Shown piece by piece: positions 1 to 10,633 of a DNA stretch of 28,080 nucleotides. The stretch spans positions 1-28,080 of the forward strand of contig JBKJLC010000273.1 in NCBI GenBank assembly GCA_046597055.1. Reading direction: 5' to 3'. The notes below the pieces were generated by a model. It was given only the letters and a program-made list of their open reading frames with translations, was not told the origin of the DNA and searched no databases. Every line of letters starts with the position of its first letter. Positions within the stretch are counted from its first letter, which is position 1. This DNA comes from Kofleriaceae bacterium. Lineage in GTDB: Bacteria; Myxococcota_A; Polyangia; Haliangiales; Haliangiaceae. The position numbers and the translations under genes were made by a program.

Positions 1-1
1 C

Positions 2-346
2 GACAAGGTCGCCGATCTCGAGCACCGGATGAACGCCCTGCTGGCGCGCATGCACCCGGCCGGCGGGTTCTGGGTCGCGTGGCCCAAGAAGACGTCGCGG
101 CGCCTGACCGACATCACTGAAGATGTCGTGCGGCGGATCGGCCTCGCGGGTGGCCTGGTGGACAACAAGGTCTGCGCCATCGACGACACATGGTCGGGCC
201 TGCGGCTGGTCGTGCGGCTCGAGAACCGGGAGGCGATGGCCTACCGGGCCGAGCCGCCGCCGCGCATGCGGGCGCGACGGGCCACCGGCACCGCCGCCGG
301 CGGCGGGTCGACCCAGCGACGCGCGCTCGCGCGCTCCTCGCGCTGA
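2..346 (+). CDS. DUF3052-like protein (5' partial)
   Basis: Frame is open from the window edge (DKVADLEHRM...). The motif GGFWVAWPKK...DITEDVVR...GLVDNKVCAIDDTWSGLRLV is typical of DUF3052-like proteins. Confidence 0.7.
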   Translation, partial: DKVADLEHRMNALLARMHPAGGFWVAWPKKTSRRLTDITEDVVRRIGLAGGLVDNKVCAIDDTWSGLRLVVRLENREAMAYRAEPPPRMRARRATGTAAGGGSTQRRALARSSR

Positions 347-465
347 CGCCGCACGGACGCCGCGCCGGCGTCGTGCATAGCGTGAGCCCCACGCTCTCGG
401 GCACGTGGCCGTGCGCAGCGAGATCGTCATCAAGAGGGCCAGCAGGAACAGGCGGACGCCACCCG

Positions 466-1332
466 TCAGGGCGCCGCGATCGGCGCCGCGACGATCGCGC
501 CGGCGTACCCGACCACGCGGCTGGTGTCGCCCGATATCGGCGCGCTGGTGGTGTAGCCAACCAGCTCCGGGCGGCCGGCGCCGAGCTCGGCCGCGCACGC
601 GAGCAGCACCGCCGCCGGGCGGGCGCCGCACATCGAGATGTCGTTGCCGTCGACGACGTCGAGCAGGTGGCCGGGGTCGCCGGTGGCCAGCGCGGCCAGC
701 GCGAGCCGATCGCGGCGGACCGTCTCACGCTCGTCCTCGAAGTGGCTCATGTCGCTCGACGCCACCAGCATGACGTCGACCCCGGGCGTCAGGCCAGCCC
801 GCGCCCACGCCCGGGCGATCGCGGCGCCCAGTCGCCGACACTCGGTCGGCGACAGCGCACCGAGGACCACCGGCACCAGCTGCAGCGCAGGTTGCCGCGC
901 GGCCAGCAGCGGCACCAGCACCTCGATCGCATGCTCGCGCGCGTGCGCGACCTCGTCGGCGGCGACGCCGCGCACCGGCTCGACGTCGAGCTCGTCGAGC
1001 AGCACCGCGCCCAGCGCGCGGTCGACCGCGACGTCGCCGACCGGGGTCCGCCACGAGGGGGCCATCGACACCGCCACCCGCGCGCCGCGGCCGGTATGGT
1101 TGGGACACAGGATCACCACCCGGGGCGGCACCCGCACCGACGCCAGCGTCCGCGCGGCCAGCGCGCCCGAGTAGATCCACCCGGCGTGCGGGCACATCAC
1201 GCCGAGCGCTGCGCGGTCGCCGACCTCGAGGTCGGCGTAGAGCGCCTTGACCGCGCGATCGGCCTCGGCCTGGGTCCCGGGGTAGAACCGCCCCGCGACC
1301 ACGGGCTCTCGCGGGAACGCCACGTCGCCCAT
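466..1332 (-). CDS. amrB: AmmeMemoRadiSam system protein B (MEMO1 family)
   Basis: Motifs REPVVAGRFYP, PHAGWIYSG, PNHTGRG, EHAIEV, ASSDMSHF, ISMCG, YTTS...VVGYAG. Confidence 0.93.
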   Translation of the reverse strand: MGDVAFPREPVVAGRFYPGTQAEADRAVKALYADLEVGDRAALGVMCPHAGWIYSGALAARTLASVRVPPRVVILCPNHTGRGARVAVSMAPSWRTPVGDVAVDRALGAVLLDELDVEPVRGVAADEVAHAREHAIEVLVPLLAARQPALQLVPVVLGALSPTECRRLGAAIARAWARAGLTPGVDVMLVASSDMSHFEDERETVRRDRLALAALATGDPGHLLDVVDGNDISMCGARPAAVLLACAAELGAGRPELVGYTTSAPISGDTSRVVGYAGAIVAAPIAAP

Positions 1333-1449
1333 GCCGCCAGGCTAGCACCGGTCCCGCCAGCGAGCCTCGTCGCGAAGGGGACCATCGGGGACCGGCGGGC
1401 CGGACGACCCCTTGCTTGCGCTGGCGGTGGCCGCGACGTACGAAAGGGG

Positions 1450-2367
1450 ATGCGGCTCGCGCACTGCTCCGACCTGCACCTGCTCTCCCTGGACGGCGCG
1501 CGCGTCCTCGACTTCGCCAACAAGCGCTGGATCGGCGGGATGAACCTCATCACCAGCCGCGGGCGCCACTATCACACCCAGGCGTTCGAGGACATGATCG
1601 CGGACTGCAACACCCTCGGGGTCGAGCACGTGCTGTGCTCGGGGGACGTCACCAACCTCGGGCTCGAGCAGGAGTTCACGTTCGCCCGCAGCCTGTTCGA
1701 TCGGTTCACCCTGGGCCCGGTCGGCGTGACCGTGCTGCCCGGCAACCACGACGCGTACGTCGCCGCGGGCGCGACCCACTTCACGAAGATCTTCGGCGAC
1801 TACGCGACCCCCGATGCCGACTGGGTCTGGGACGACGGCGACCGCGATCCGTGGCCGATCGTGCGGGTCCGGGGGCCGCTCGCGCTGATCGGGATCTCGA
1901 CCAGCCTGCAGACGCCCTGGTTCACCGCCTGGGGACGCATCGGGCCCCGCCAGCTCGCCCGCCTGCGGAGCGCGCTCGGCGATCCGCGCCTGGCCGACAA
2001 GGCCCGGGTGGTTGCGATTCACCACCCGCCCGCCGGGATCCGCGCGGCCAGCCGGATCCGCGGGCTACGCGACCGGGTCGAGTTCGCGCAGATCCTCGCC
2101 GACCAGGGCGCGAGCGTGGTCGTCCATGGCCACGAGCACCGCGATCTGCGCGAGACGCTTCCGATCCCGGGCGGCACGGTCGAGGTGCTCGGCGTCCAGG
2201 CGGGTACCTATCACGCGGTCGATCCGACCCGGACCGCGCGCTATCGGCTGTTCGACATAAATGACGCCGGCCGGGTGACCTCGCACCGCCTGCGGGTCTG
2301 GCACCGAGATCGCAGAGGCTTTGCGGACGATGTTGCGACCCCGATCAGCAGCGCCGCAAGTGCCTGA
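1450..2367 (+). CDS. Calcineurin-like metallophosphoesterase (CpdA/Icc-like)
   Basis: SDLH, SGDVTN, PGNHD, HHPP and HGHEH metal-binding motifs. Start re-called at ATG 1450 because the longer ORF overlaps amrB antisense. Confidence 0.88.
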   Translation: MRLAHCSDLHLLSLDGARVLDFANKRWIGGMNLITSRGRHYHTQAFEDMIADCNTLGVEHVLCSGDVTNLGLEQEFTFARSLFDRFTLGPVGVTVLPGNHDAYVAAGATHFTKIFGDYATPDADWVWDDGDRDPWPIVRVRGPLALIGISTSLQTPWFTAWGRIGPRQLARLRSALGDPRLADKARVVAIHHPPAGIRAASRIRGLRDRVEFAQILADQGASVVVHGHEHRDLRETLPIPGGTVEVLGVQAGTYHAVDPTRTARYRLFDINDAGRVTSHRLRVWHRDRRGFADDVATPISSAASA

Positions 2368-2440
2368 GATGTGGACGGACCGGGCCAACCTTGTCGGAAA
2401 GCTGTCACCCTGATGTTGGAACTCGGTCTAACTATTGAAC

Positions 2441-2467
2441 TTGACATCGATTTCGCACCGCGATACT
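2441..2467 (+). promoter_or_regulatory. Putative sigma70-type promoter of the aminotransferase operon
   Basis: Perfect TTGACA (2441-2446) and GATACT (2462-2467) in a lower-GC gap. The 15-nt spacing is short. Confidence 0.4.
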
Positions 2468-2480
2468 CGGACTCGCGCAA

Positions 2481-3830
2481 ATGGTAGCGGTCGATGACGC
2501 CGAGCATCTCGTGAGCAGCACTCCTGGCACGCCCTTCACCGACGCCGAGGCCAACGAGCTGGTCGCGACCGACCAGAAGTTCATCATGCGTCCGTGGACG
2601 CATCCGCCGGGCGAACCAGTGATCGTCGCCCGCGCCAAGGGCTGCGTCATCACCGACGTCCACGGCAAGGACTACCTCGACTTCACCGCCGGCTACTTCG
2701 TCAACAACGCGGGCCACTGCCACCCGCGGATCGTCGAGGCGGCGACCCAGCAGCTCCATCAAGTGCTGCAGGTCTCGGGCAAGCACGGCACGGTGCCGGC
2801 GGTCCGGCTGGCCGAGCGCCTGATCAACCTGCTACCTCGCAGCGTCAACCAGGCCTTCTTCTCGACCGGCGGCTCCGAGGCCAACGAGTTCGCCTTGAAG
2901 ATGGCGCGCCAGGCGACCGGCAAGCCCGACGTCGCCTACCTCGAGAACGCGTACCACGGCCTCACCGTCGGCGCGCTCGAGGTCACCGCCAGCGAGAAGT
3001 ATCGCGAGAGCGCCGGACGTCCGCTCGGGACCAACACGTTCCAGCTGCCGCACTCGTACTGCTACCGGTGCAAGTTCGGTCCGCACGAGACGTGCAGCAC
3101 CCAGTGCCTCGATGGCGTCGAGGCCACGCTCGAGCAGCACCCCAACACCGCGGCGCTGATCGCCGAGCCGATCCAGTCGGTCGGTGGCCTGGCCCCGCCC
3201 GAGAAGTGGTGGGCGCGGCTCGACAAGATCCGCAAGCAGAAGGGCATCCTGCTGATCATCGACGAGGTCCAGACCGGCCTCGGTCGCACCGGCAAGATGT
3301 TCGCGGTCGAGCACTACGGGCTCGAGCCCGAGATCATCAGCGGCGGCAAGGGCCTGTCGGGCGGCGTCGGCTCGCTGGCGATGACCTGCGCCAGCACCAG
3401 CGTGATCAAGAAGTTCTTCGGCGGCACCACGCCGACCTCGGGCGGCAACGCGGTGTCGGCCGCGGCGGGGCTGGCGATGATCGAGACGCTGCTCGACGAG
3501 CGGCTGGTCGAGAACGCGGCCGCGATGGGCCGTCACTTCACCCAGGCCGCGTGGGCCATGAACGACCCGTGGATCGGCGATGTCCGGTTCACCGGACTGC
3601 TCGGCGGCATCGAGATGGTCGCCAACCGCGACACCCGCGAGGTGCTCGGCAAGAAGCAGCTGGCCGCGATCAAGGACGGACTCCATGCCGAGGGCATGCT
3701 GATCACGATGAGCGGGCTGTACGGCAACGTACTGCGGTTGCAGCCGCCGCTCACGATCACGTCGGGACAGATCGATCTGCTGATCGCCGCGCTCGGACGA
3801 GTGCTGACGGCGGTCCGGCAGGCAGTGTAA
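2481..3830 (+). CDS. Class III PLP-dependent aminotransferase family protein
   Basis: YLDFTAG, GGSEANE, AYHGLT, AEPIQSVGG, LIIDEVQTGLGRTG, and PLP lysine in GGKGLSGG. Alternative start GTG 2511. Confidence 0.92.
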   Translation: MVAVDDAEHLVSSTPGTPFTDAEANELVATDQKFIMRPWTHPPGEPVIVARAKGCVITDVHGKDYLDFTAGYFVNNAGHCHPRIVEAATQQLHQVLQVSGKHGTVPAVRLAERLINLLPRSVNQAFFSTGGSEANEFALKMARQATGKPDVAYLENAYHGLTVGALEVTASEKYRESAGRPLGTNTFQLPHSYCYRCKFGPHETCSTQCLDGVEATLEQHPNTAALIAEPIQSVGGLAPPEKWWARLDKIRKQKGILLIIDEVQTGLGRTGKMFAVEHYGLEPEIISGGKGLSGGVGSLAMTCASTSVIKKFFGGTTPTSGGNAVSAAAGLAMIETLLDERLVENAAAMGRHFTQAAWAMNDPWIGDVRFTGLLGGIEMVANRDTREVLGKKQLAAIKDGLHAEGMLITMSGLYGNVLRLQPPLTITSGQIDLLIAALGRVLTAVRQAV

Positions 3831-3894
3831 TCTCCGCCGCCGCAGGCACTGGTCACCCACGGTCACGGACCGGCAACCCGGGGCACCCCAGACG

Positions 3895-4605
3895 ATGAAC
3901 CTCTTCGCCCTTCGCAAGCAGCTCGACCGGCTCCTGGCCCCGCTCCTGACCGGGATCGGCAAGCTGCCGATCCACGCCAACACGTGGACGCTGATCGGCG
4001 CGATCGTCGGTCTGATCGGCGGCGTGGTGTTCTTCTATGGCCACTGGTGGGCCGGCCTGGCGCTGCTCCTGGTGCGCGGCCTGATCGATCACATCGACGG
4101 CTACGTCGCCCGCAACTTCAACCAGCGCTCGACCTTCGGCGCGGTGATGGACGACGTGTGTGATCGCTGGGTGCTCGGGATCATGTACGCCGGCGGCTGC
4201 GTCCACCTGTCGTACGACTATCCCCACGCGCTGATCGTCATGGGCGTGGGCATCACCGGCGCCTTGACCAACGTCATCATCAAGCTGTCCGTCTACGCCG
4301 AGTCCCAGCAGGACGTGTGGCGCGAGAAGGGCAAGATGGGCCACCCGATCGACGTGGTCGGGCTGTTCGGCTCGGCCGAGTTCATCATCTACTTCGGCAC
4401 CGGCACGTTCTTCGCGGCGCTGCTCGACGATCCGCGGCCGATGCTGGCCGGGGTCTGGGCGGTCGCGATCATGTCGCATGTCTCGCTGATGCAGCGGATC
4501 GGGTTCGCATGGAGGCGCTACCGGTTCGTCGATCCGGCTGGCAAGCAGCTGCCCGAGCCCGAGTCCAGCGCGGACGAGGGTGGCGAGGCCGCGGCAACGC
4601 GCTGA
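3895..4605 (+). CDS. CDP-alcohol phosphatidyltransferase family protein 1
   Basis: Signature DHIDGYVAR...STFGAVMDDVCD (DxxDGxxAR...GxxxDxxxD), several TM helices, HANTWT motif. Confidence 0.9.
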   Translation: MNLFALRKQLDRLLAPLLTGIGKLPIHANTWTLIGAIVGLIGGVVFFYGHWWAGLALLLVRGLIDHIDGYVARNFNQRSTFGAVMDDVCDRWVLGIMYAGGCVHLSYDYPHALIVMGVGITGALTNVIIKLSVYAESQQDVWREKGKMGHPIDVVGLFGSAEFIIYFGTGTFFAALLDDPRPMLAGVWAVAIMSHVSLMQRIGFAWRRYRFVDPAGKQLPEPESSADEGGEAAATR

Positions 4606-4625
4606 CGAGCCGCTCCGCAGGCAGC

Positions 4626-5222
4626 ATGGCGTCGAATCTGAATCCGGCCAACGCGGTCACCGCGTCGCGCTTTCTCACGCTGCCGCCGTTCGTGTGGGCG
4701 GTCGACAACGGCCACGCCCAGTGGGCGACGCTGCTGCTCTTGATCTGCGGTGTGCTCGACCTGTTCGATGGTCTGGTCGCGCGGCTGTTCAAGTGCCAGA
4801 CCGCCTTCGGCGAGGTGTTCGACGCGCTGGCCGACGGCTTCTGCTACGGCTTCGCGCTGCTGGTGCTGGTCGGCTACGGCTGGGTGCCCTGGCCGCCGGT
4901 GGCGCTCATCATCGTGCTCGGCCTGGTCAATACCGGCTTCCGCTGGCTGTACGCGCGGCGGGCCGGGCGCGCGACCAACTTCAGGAGCTACGCGATGGAG
5001 CGGATGGCCGCCTATGCCGCGTACCTGGGCGGCTTCGGCACCGCGCGGTTCGAGGTCGACTTCTACTACTGGACGTTCGTCGCGGTCATGGCGGTGGTCG
5101 TGATCCACGACGCCAAGCGCATGGTGTTCGACCCGCTGCCGCCGGTGCTCGACACCCGGCCGGCCCGGACCGACCCGCGGACGTCGGGCGCTGCCGCGCA
5201 CCAGGCGGAGGCGGCCTCGTGA
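4626..5222 (+). CDS. CDP-alcohol phosphatidyltransferase family protein 2 (PgsA-like)
   Basis: NPANAVTASR and DLFDGLVAR...TAFGEVFDALAD. Start re-called at ATG 4626. Confidence 0.9.
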   Translation: MASNLNPANAVTASRFLTLPPFVWAVDNGHAQWATLLLLICGVLDLFDGLVARLFKCQTAFGEVFDALADGFCYGFALLVLVGYGWVPWPPVALIIVLGLVNTGFRWLYARRAGRATNFRSYAMERMAAYAAYLGGFGTARFEVDFYYWTFVAVMAVVVIHDAKRMVFDPLPPVLDTRPARTDPRTSGAAAHQAEAAS

Positions 5223-5434
5223 TCGTCGCGCACGACACGTACCTGCTGATCTGCGCGCTGCTCACCGGCGTGGTCGGCGCGTACTGGATGCTGGTCGACA
5301 GCTACCGCCTGCGGCTCGCCCTGCGCGAGGACCGCGCGGCGCCGCTCACGCGCGACAAGCTGTTCGGCTCCACCATCGGGATCCTGATCGGGCTCGGCGG
5401 CATGCTCGGCGTGCTCAAGCACTACTACGGCTGA
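5219..5434 (+). CDS. Small two-TM membrane protein (71 aa)
   Basis: GTGA start/stop overlap with the upstream gene, GGAGG RBS, two hydrophobic stretches (YLLICALLTGVVGAYWML; TIGILIGLGGMLGVL). Confidence 0.7.
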   Translation: MIVAHDTYLLICALLTGVVGAYWMLVDSYRLRLALREDRAAPLTRDKLFGSTIGILIGLGGMLGVLKHYYG

Positions 5435-6240
5435 CGCGCCGCGGCCGGCGGGGCGCCGAACTCGAGCGTGCTGCCGTGGGCGAGCACCCGCACCCCGGCC
5501 ACCTCGCGGGCGGCCGCGAGCTGCTCGAGGCGGCGCCGCGGCGTGCCGGGCGGGCCGAGCCGCAGGTTGACCGTGCCCCAATGCACCGGCACCAGCGCGC
5601 GGGCGCCGAGCCGCTCGAAGATGTCGAGCGCGCAGTCGGGGTCGATGTGGACGCCGCGGTCGAGCGCGGTCCGTCGCCAGCGGTAGTACCAGACCGGCAG
5701 CATGCCGCCGATCGGGAGCAGGGTCGCCGCGAGGTCGAAGCGCTTGCCGATGTCGTCGAAGACGGCGTGATCCGAGAAGTCGACGTCGCCGGCGTGGTGG
5801 ACCGCGACCCCGCCGCGCCCGACCACGTAGCCAGTGCACGCGGGGGCGTCGCCCTTGCGCCAGCGGCCGCTGTCGTGGCGGGTCGGCACCCCGATCACGT
5901 CGAGGCCACCGATCTCCAGGTGATCTCCGGGCTCCATCTCGGTGACCTGGGCGAAGCCGAGATCGGCCACGATCGGGCCGGCGCCCTTGGGTACGATCAG
6001 CCGGGTCGCGCGATCGAGCGCCTTCAGGGTCCAGCGGTTGAGGTGATCGACGTGGGCGTGGGTCACCAGGATCGCGTCGATCGGGCCGGCGGCGAGGGCG
6101 CGGCCGCGACCCAGCGGATCGACCAGAACCCGGCGACCGTCGATGGCGATCACCGCGGAGGCGTGGCCCAACCAGGTCACGCCGCTACGCGGCCTCGCTG
6201 AGGCCGAACCACTGTCAGCAGGCGTAGAAATCGCCGTCAC
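5425..6240 (-). CDS. MBL-fold metallo-hydrolase (NAPE-PLD/UlaG/RomA-like)
   Basis: VTWLGHAS, VLVDP, THAHVDH (HxHxDH), HHAGD, LPIGG, PVHWGT. Start re-called at GTG 6240. Confidence 0.88.
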   Translation of the reverse strand: MTAISTPADSGSASARPRSGVTWLGHASAVIAIDGRRVLVDPLGRGRALAAGPIDAILVTHAHVDHLNRWTLKALDRATRLIVPKGAGPIVADLGFAQVTEMEPGDHLEIGGLDVIGVPTRHDSGRWRKGDAPACTGYVVGRGGVAVHHAGDVDFSDHAVFDDIGKRFDLAATLLPIGGMLPVWYYRWRRTALDRGVHIDPDCALDIFERLGARALVPVHWGTVNLRLGPPGTPRRRLEQLAAAREVAGVRVLAHGSTLEFGAPPAAARQP

Positions 6241-6264
6241 CGGCCTGCTATAGCACGGGGGTAC

Positions 6265-6891
6265 GTGCTGCAGTTCTTCCTCATCGGGGCCGCCATCGGC
6301 GCCCTGACCGGTGTGCCCATCGGCCCGGTCAACGTGGCGGTGATCGATGCGGCCTACCGGCACACGCTGCGGCGTGGGCTCGCGGTGGGCCTGGGCGGCG
6401 CGGTCGGTGACTTCATCTTCGCCTTCCTCGGCGTGGTCGGGGTCGGCCCGTACCTGATCAGCCAGCCGGGCGTGAAGCCGGTGCTGTACATCATCTCGGG
6501 GCTGGTGCTGGTCGGCTACGGCTTCTTGACCCTGCGCACCCACGCGCCACCACCACCGGCGGCGCCCCCGCACTCGGTGCCGCCCGGGCGCGAGGTGTGG
6601 TCGGGCTTCAAGGTCGGCCTCGGGCTGATCGTGCTCAACCCGGCCGCGATCGTCACCTGGGTGGTCGTGGTCGGCTCGCACCTCAGCGGCGTCACGCCGT
6701 GGGAGGGCTTCGCCGCCGCGATCGGCGTGTTCATCGGCAGCCTGGCCTGGTTCTGCTTCGTCGCGTATATCGCCGACAAGGGCAAGCGGTGGATGGGCGA
6801 GAAGGCCGTGTGGATCGCGCGCGTCGTCGGCGTCGCGCTGATCGGCTACGGCGTGTACTCGCTGTTCCGCGGCATCCGCTACCTCGTCTGA
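6265..6891 (+). CDS. LysE family translocator
   Basis: PIGPVN, GLGGAVGD and LNPAAIVTW motifs; about 6 TM helices. Confidence 0.88.
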   Translation: MLQFFLIGAAIGALTGVPIGPVNVAVIDAAYRHTLRRGLAVGLGGAVGDFIFAFLGVVGVGPYLISQPGVKPVLYIISGLVLVGYGFLTLRTHAPPPPAAPPHSVPPGREVWSGFKVGLGLIVLNPAAIVTWVVVVGSHLSGVTPWEGFAAAIGVFIGSLAWFCFVAYIADKGKRWMGEKAVWIARVVGVALIGYGVYSLFRGIRYLV

Positions 6892-6898
6892 TCGAGGC

Positions 6899-7537
6899 TC
6901 AGTTCGACTCGAGGGCGGCGAGCAGGTCGCCGATGGTCTCCTCGACGCGCACGGCGAGCCCGCGCTTCACCGGCGCGCCGTCCTCGGCGATGAGGGTCGA
7001 CAGCCGGCGGGCGGCGGCGGCGATCTGGCCGCGCAGGCGCTCGGCCTTGTCGATCTCCTGCTCGGGGAACGCGACCTCCTTGAAGCTCTTGCGCAGCTGC
7101 GGCACCTCGCCGCCCTCGTCGAAGGCGACCCGGCGGATGGTGGCCAGGGTCTCCTCGTCGGCGGCGCCGCGCTCGGTCGCCTTCTGCACGAACTCGACCG
7201 CGGCGTGGCTGGGGATCGGGGACTCGCCGCCGCCGCGCGCGCGCTCGATGACCTTGGGCGCGCTCGACTCGAGGAAACGGAAGCTGCCGAGCAGCTTCTG
7301 CACGGTGCTGGAGCGCAGGTGCAGCTCCTTGCGGCAGTAGGCGTCGAAGTCGGTGTAGCCCCAGCGTTCCCACGCGTTGTTCTTCTGCACGCCGGCGAGC
7401 GCATCGGCCAGCTCGAGCCACGTGCGCTTGAAGTTGCGCGCCTTGGCGAGGGTGTCGGCGCGCTCGGGATCGTCGCTCACCGCCAGCAGGCGGTCTTCCA
7501 TCTGGCGGTCGGTCTTGGTGATGATCTTTGAGCCCAC
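6899..7537 (-). CDS. Hypothetical alpha-helical protein, possible HTH
   Basis: Protein-like composition with motif WLELADAL...WERWGYTDFDAYCRKELHLRSSTVQKL. GTG 7537 chosen because TAGCGT lies 7 nt upstream (ORF track start is 7546). Confidence 0.75.
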   Translation of the reverse strand: MGSKIITKTDRQMEDRLLAVSDDPERADTLAKARNFKRTWLELADALAGVQKNNAWERWGYTDFDAYCRKELHLRSSTVQKLLGSFRFLESSAPKVIERARGGGESPIPSHAAVEFVQKATERGAADEETLATIRRVAFDEGGEVPQLRKSFKEVAFPEQEIDKAERLRGQIAAAARRLSTLIAEDGAPVKRGLAVRVEETIGDLLAALESN

Positions 7538-7675
7538 GGCGCGCACGCTAGGCGAAGGGTCTGATCGAGGTGATGACGGGGCACGGCGCCGGGAGCGCGC
7601 GCCTCAAAAATCTGACGCACCCCTGTGCGATCCCCGAGGGTTGCGCGCGGCATGGAAGCTGCTGACACTGCCGCC

Positions 7676-8407
7676 ATGCTCCGGGTCGCCCTTGCCGTGC
7701 TCGCTCTGATGGCGTCCGGCTGCATCGAGGCGAGCCTCGAGGCCGACGCGGTCGGCGGGGACGACGGCACGTCGTTCGCCGCATGTGCGCTCGACACCGA
7801 CTGCACGCTGGCGGGCGCCTCGTGCTGCGACTGCCCGAGCTTCGCGGTGCCTGCGACCACCGGCTGGGCCGACAGCTGCGAGGACGTCGAGTGCGCTCCG
7901 GGCGGCAGCTGCACCGCGCTGGTCGCGCGCTGCGCCCAGGGGACGTGCGTGGCGGGGTGTGCGCCGGTCACGTGCGAGCTCGCCTGCGCCGATGGCTTCG
8001 CCGTCGGTGCCAGTGGTTGCCAGGTGTGCGCGTGCGCCAGTCGATCCTCGGTCCCCGCCTGTCAGCTCGACAGCGACTGCGCGCAGGTACCCGCCGACTG
8101 CTGCGGGTGTGCGCGCGGCGGCGCCGACACGGCGGTCCCCGCCGGCGAGGTCGGCGCGCACGTCGACGGCCTCATGTGTCCGGCCTGGCCGTCGTGCCCC
8201 GACGTGGACACCTGCGCCGCGGGTGCGACCCCGCGCTGCCTGGTCGGCCGCTGCGCACTGGGGGCGCCCGGCGACGAGCCGACGCCACCGGCCTCGCCGA
8301 TCACCGCGTGCGGTCGGCGCGATCTGCCGCCGTGCCCGGCTGGACAGCAGTGCACGCTGAACTCCGACGAGACCGCGACCCGGCTAGGACTCGGTACCTG
8401 CAGATGA
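7676..8407 (+). CDS. Cysteine-rich lipoprotein with antistasin-like motif
   Basis: Signal peptide and lipobox [16 protein letters not shown]; two CxxDxDC...CCxC modules; CELACADGF...GCQVCAC. Confidence 0.78.
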   Translation: MLRVALAVLALMASGCIEASLEADAVGGDDGTSFAACALDTDCTLAGASCCDCPSFAVPATTGWADSCEDVECAPGGSCTALVARCAQGTCVAGCAPVTCELACADGFAVGASGCQVCACASRSSVPACQLDSDCAQVPADCCGCARGGADTAVPAGEVGAHVDGLMCPAWPSCPDVDTCAAGATPRCLVGRCALGAPGDEPTPPASPITACGRRDLPPCPAGQQCTLNSDETATRLGLGTCR

Positions 8408-8441
8408 AGTGGCCGGCCCGTCGCGTTATACTCGCCGTCTC

Positions 8442-10523
<2,082 letters not shown>

Positions 10524-10633
10524 CCGCGACGACGTGTGATCGAGGTCATCGGTCGCGCGGGTCGCGCGTCCGGCCGCGCGCGCTTCTGGCACGATAGGCA
10601 CGTCCGCCCTCCGTCCCTCCGCTCCGAGGTCCC

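Noticed and set aside
190..1449. N-terminal extension of the 725-aa ORF
   Set aside because: It is the antisense shadow of amrB; phosphoesterase motifs begin at ATG 1450.
10586..10602. TGGCACG suggesting a sigma54 promoter
   Set aside because: The downstream GC is 8 nt, not 10 nt, from the GG, so -24/-12 spacing fails.
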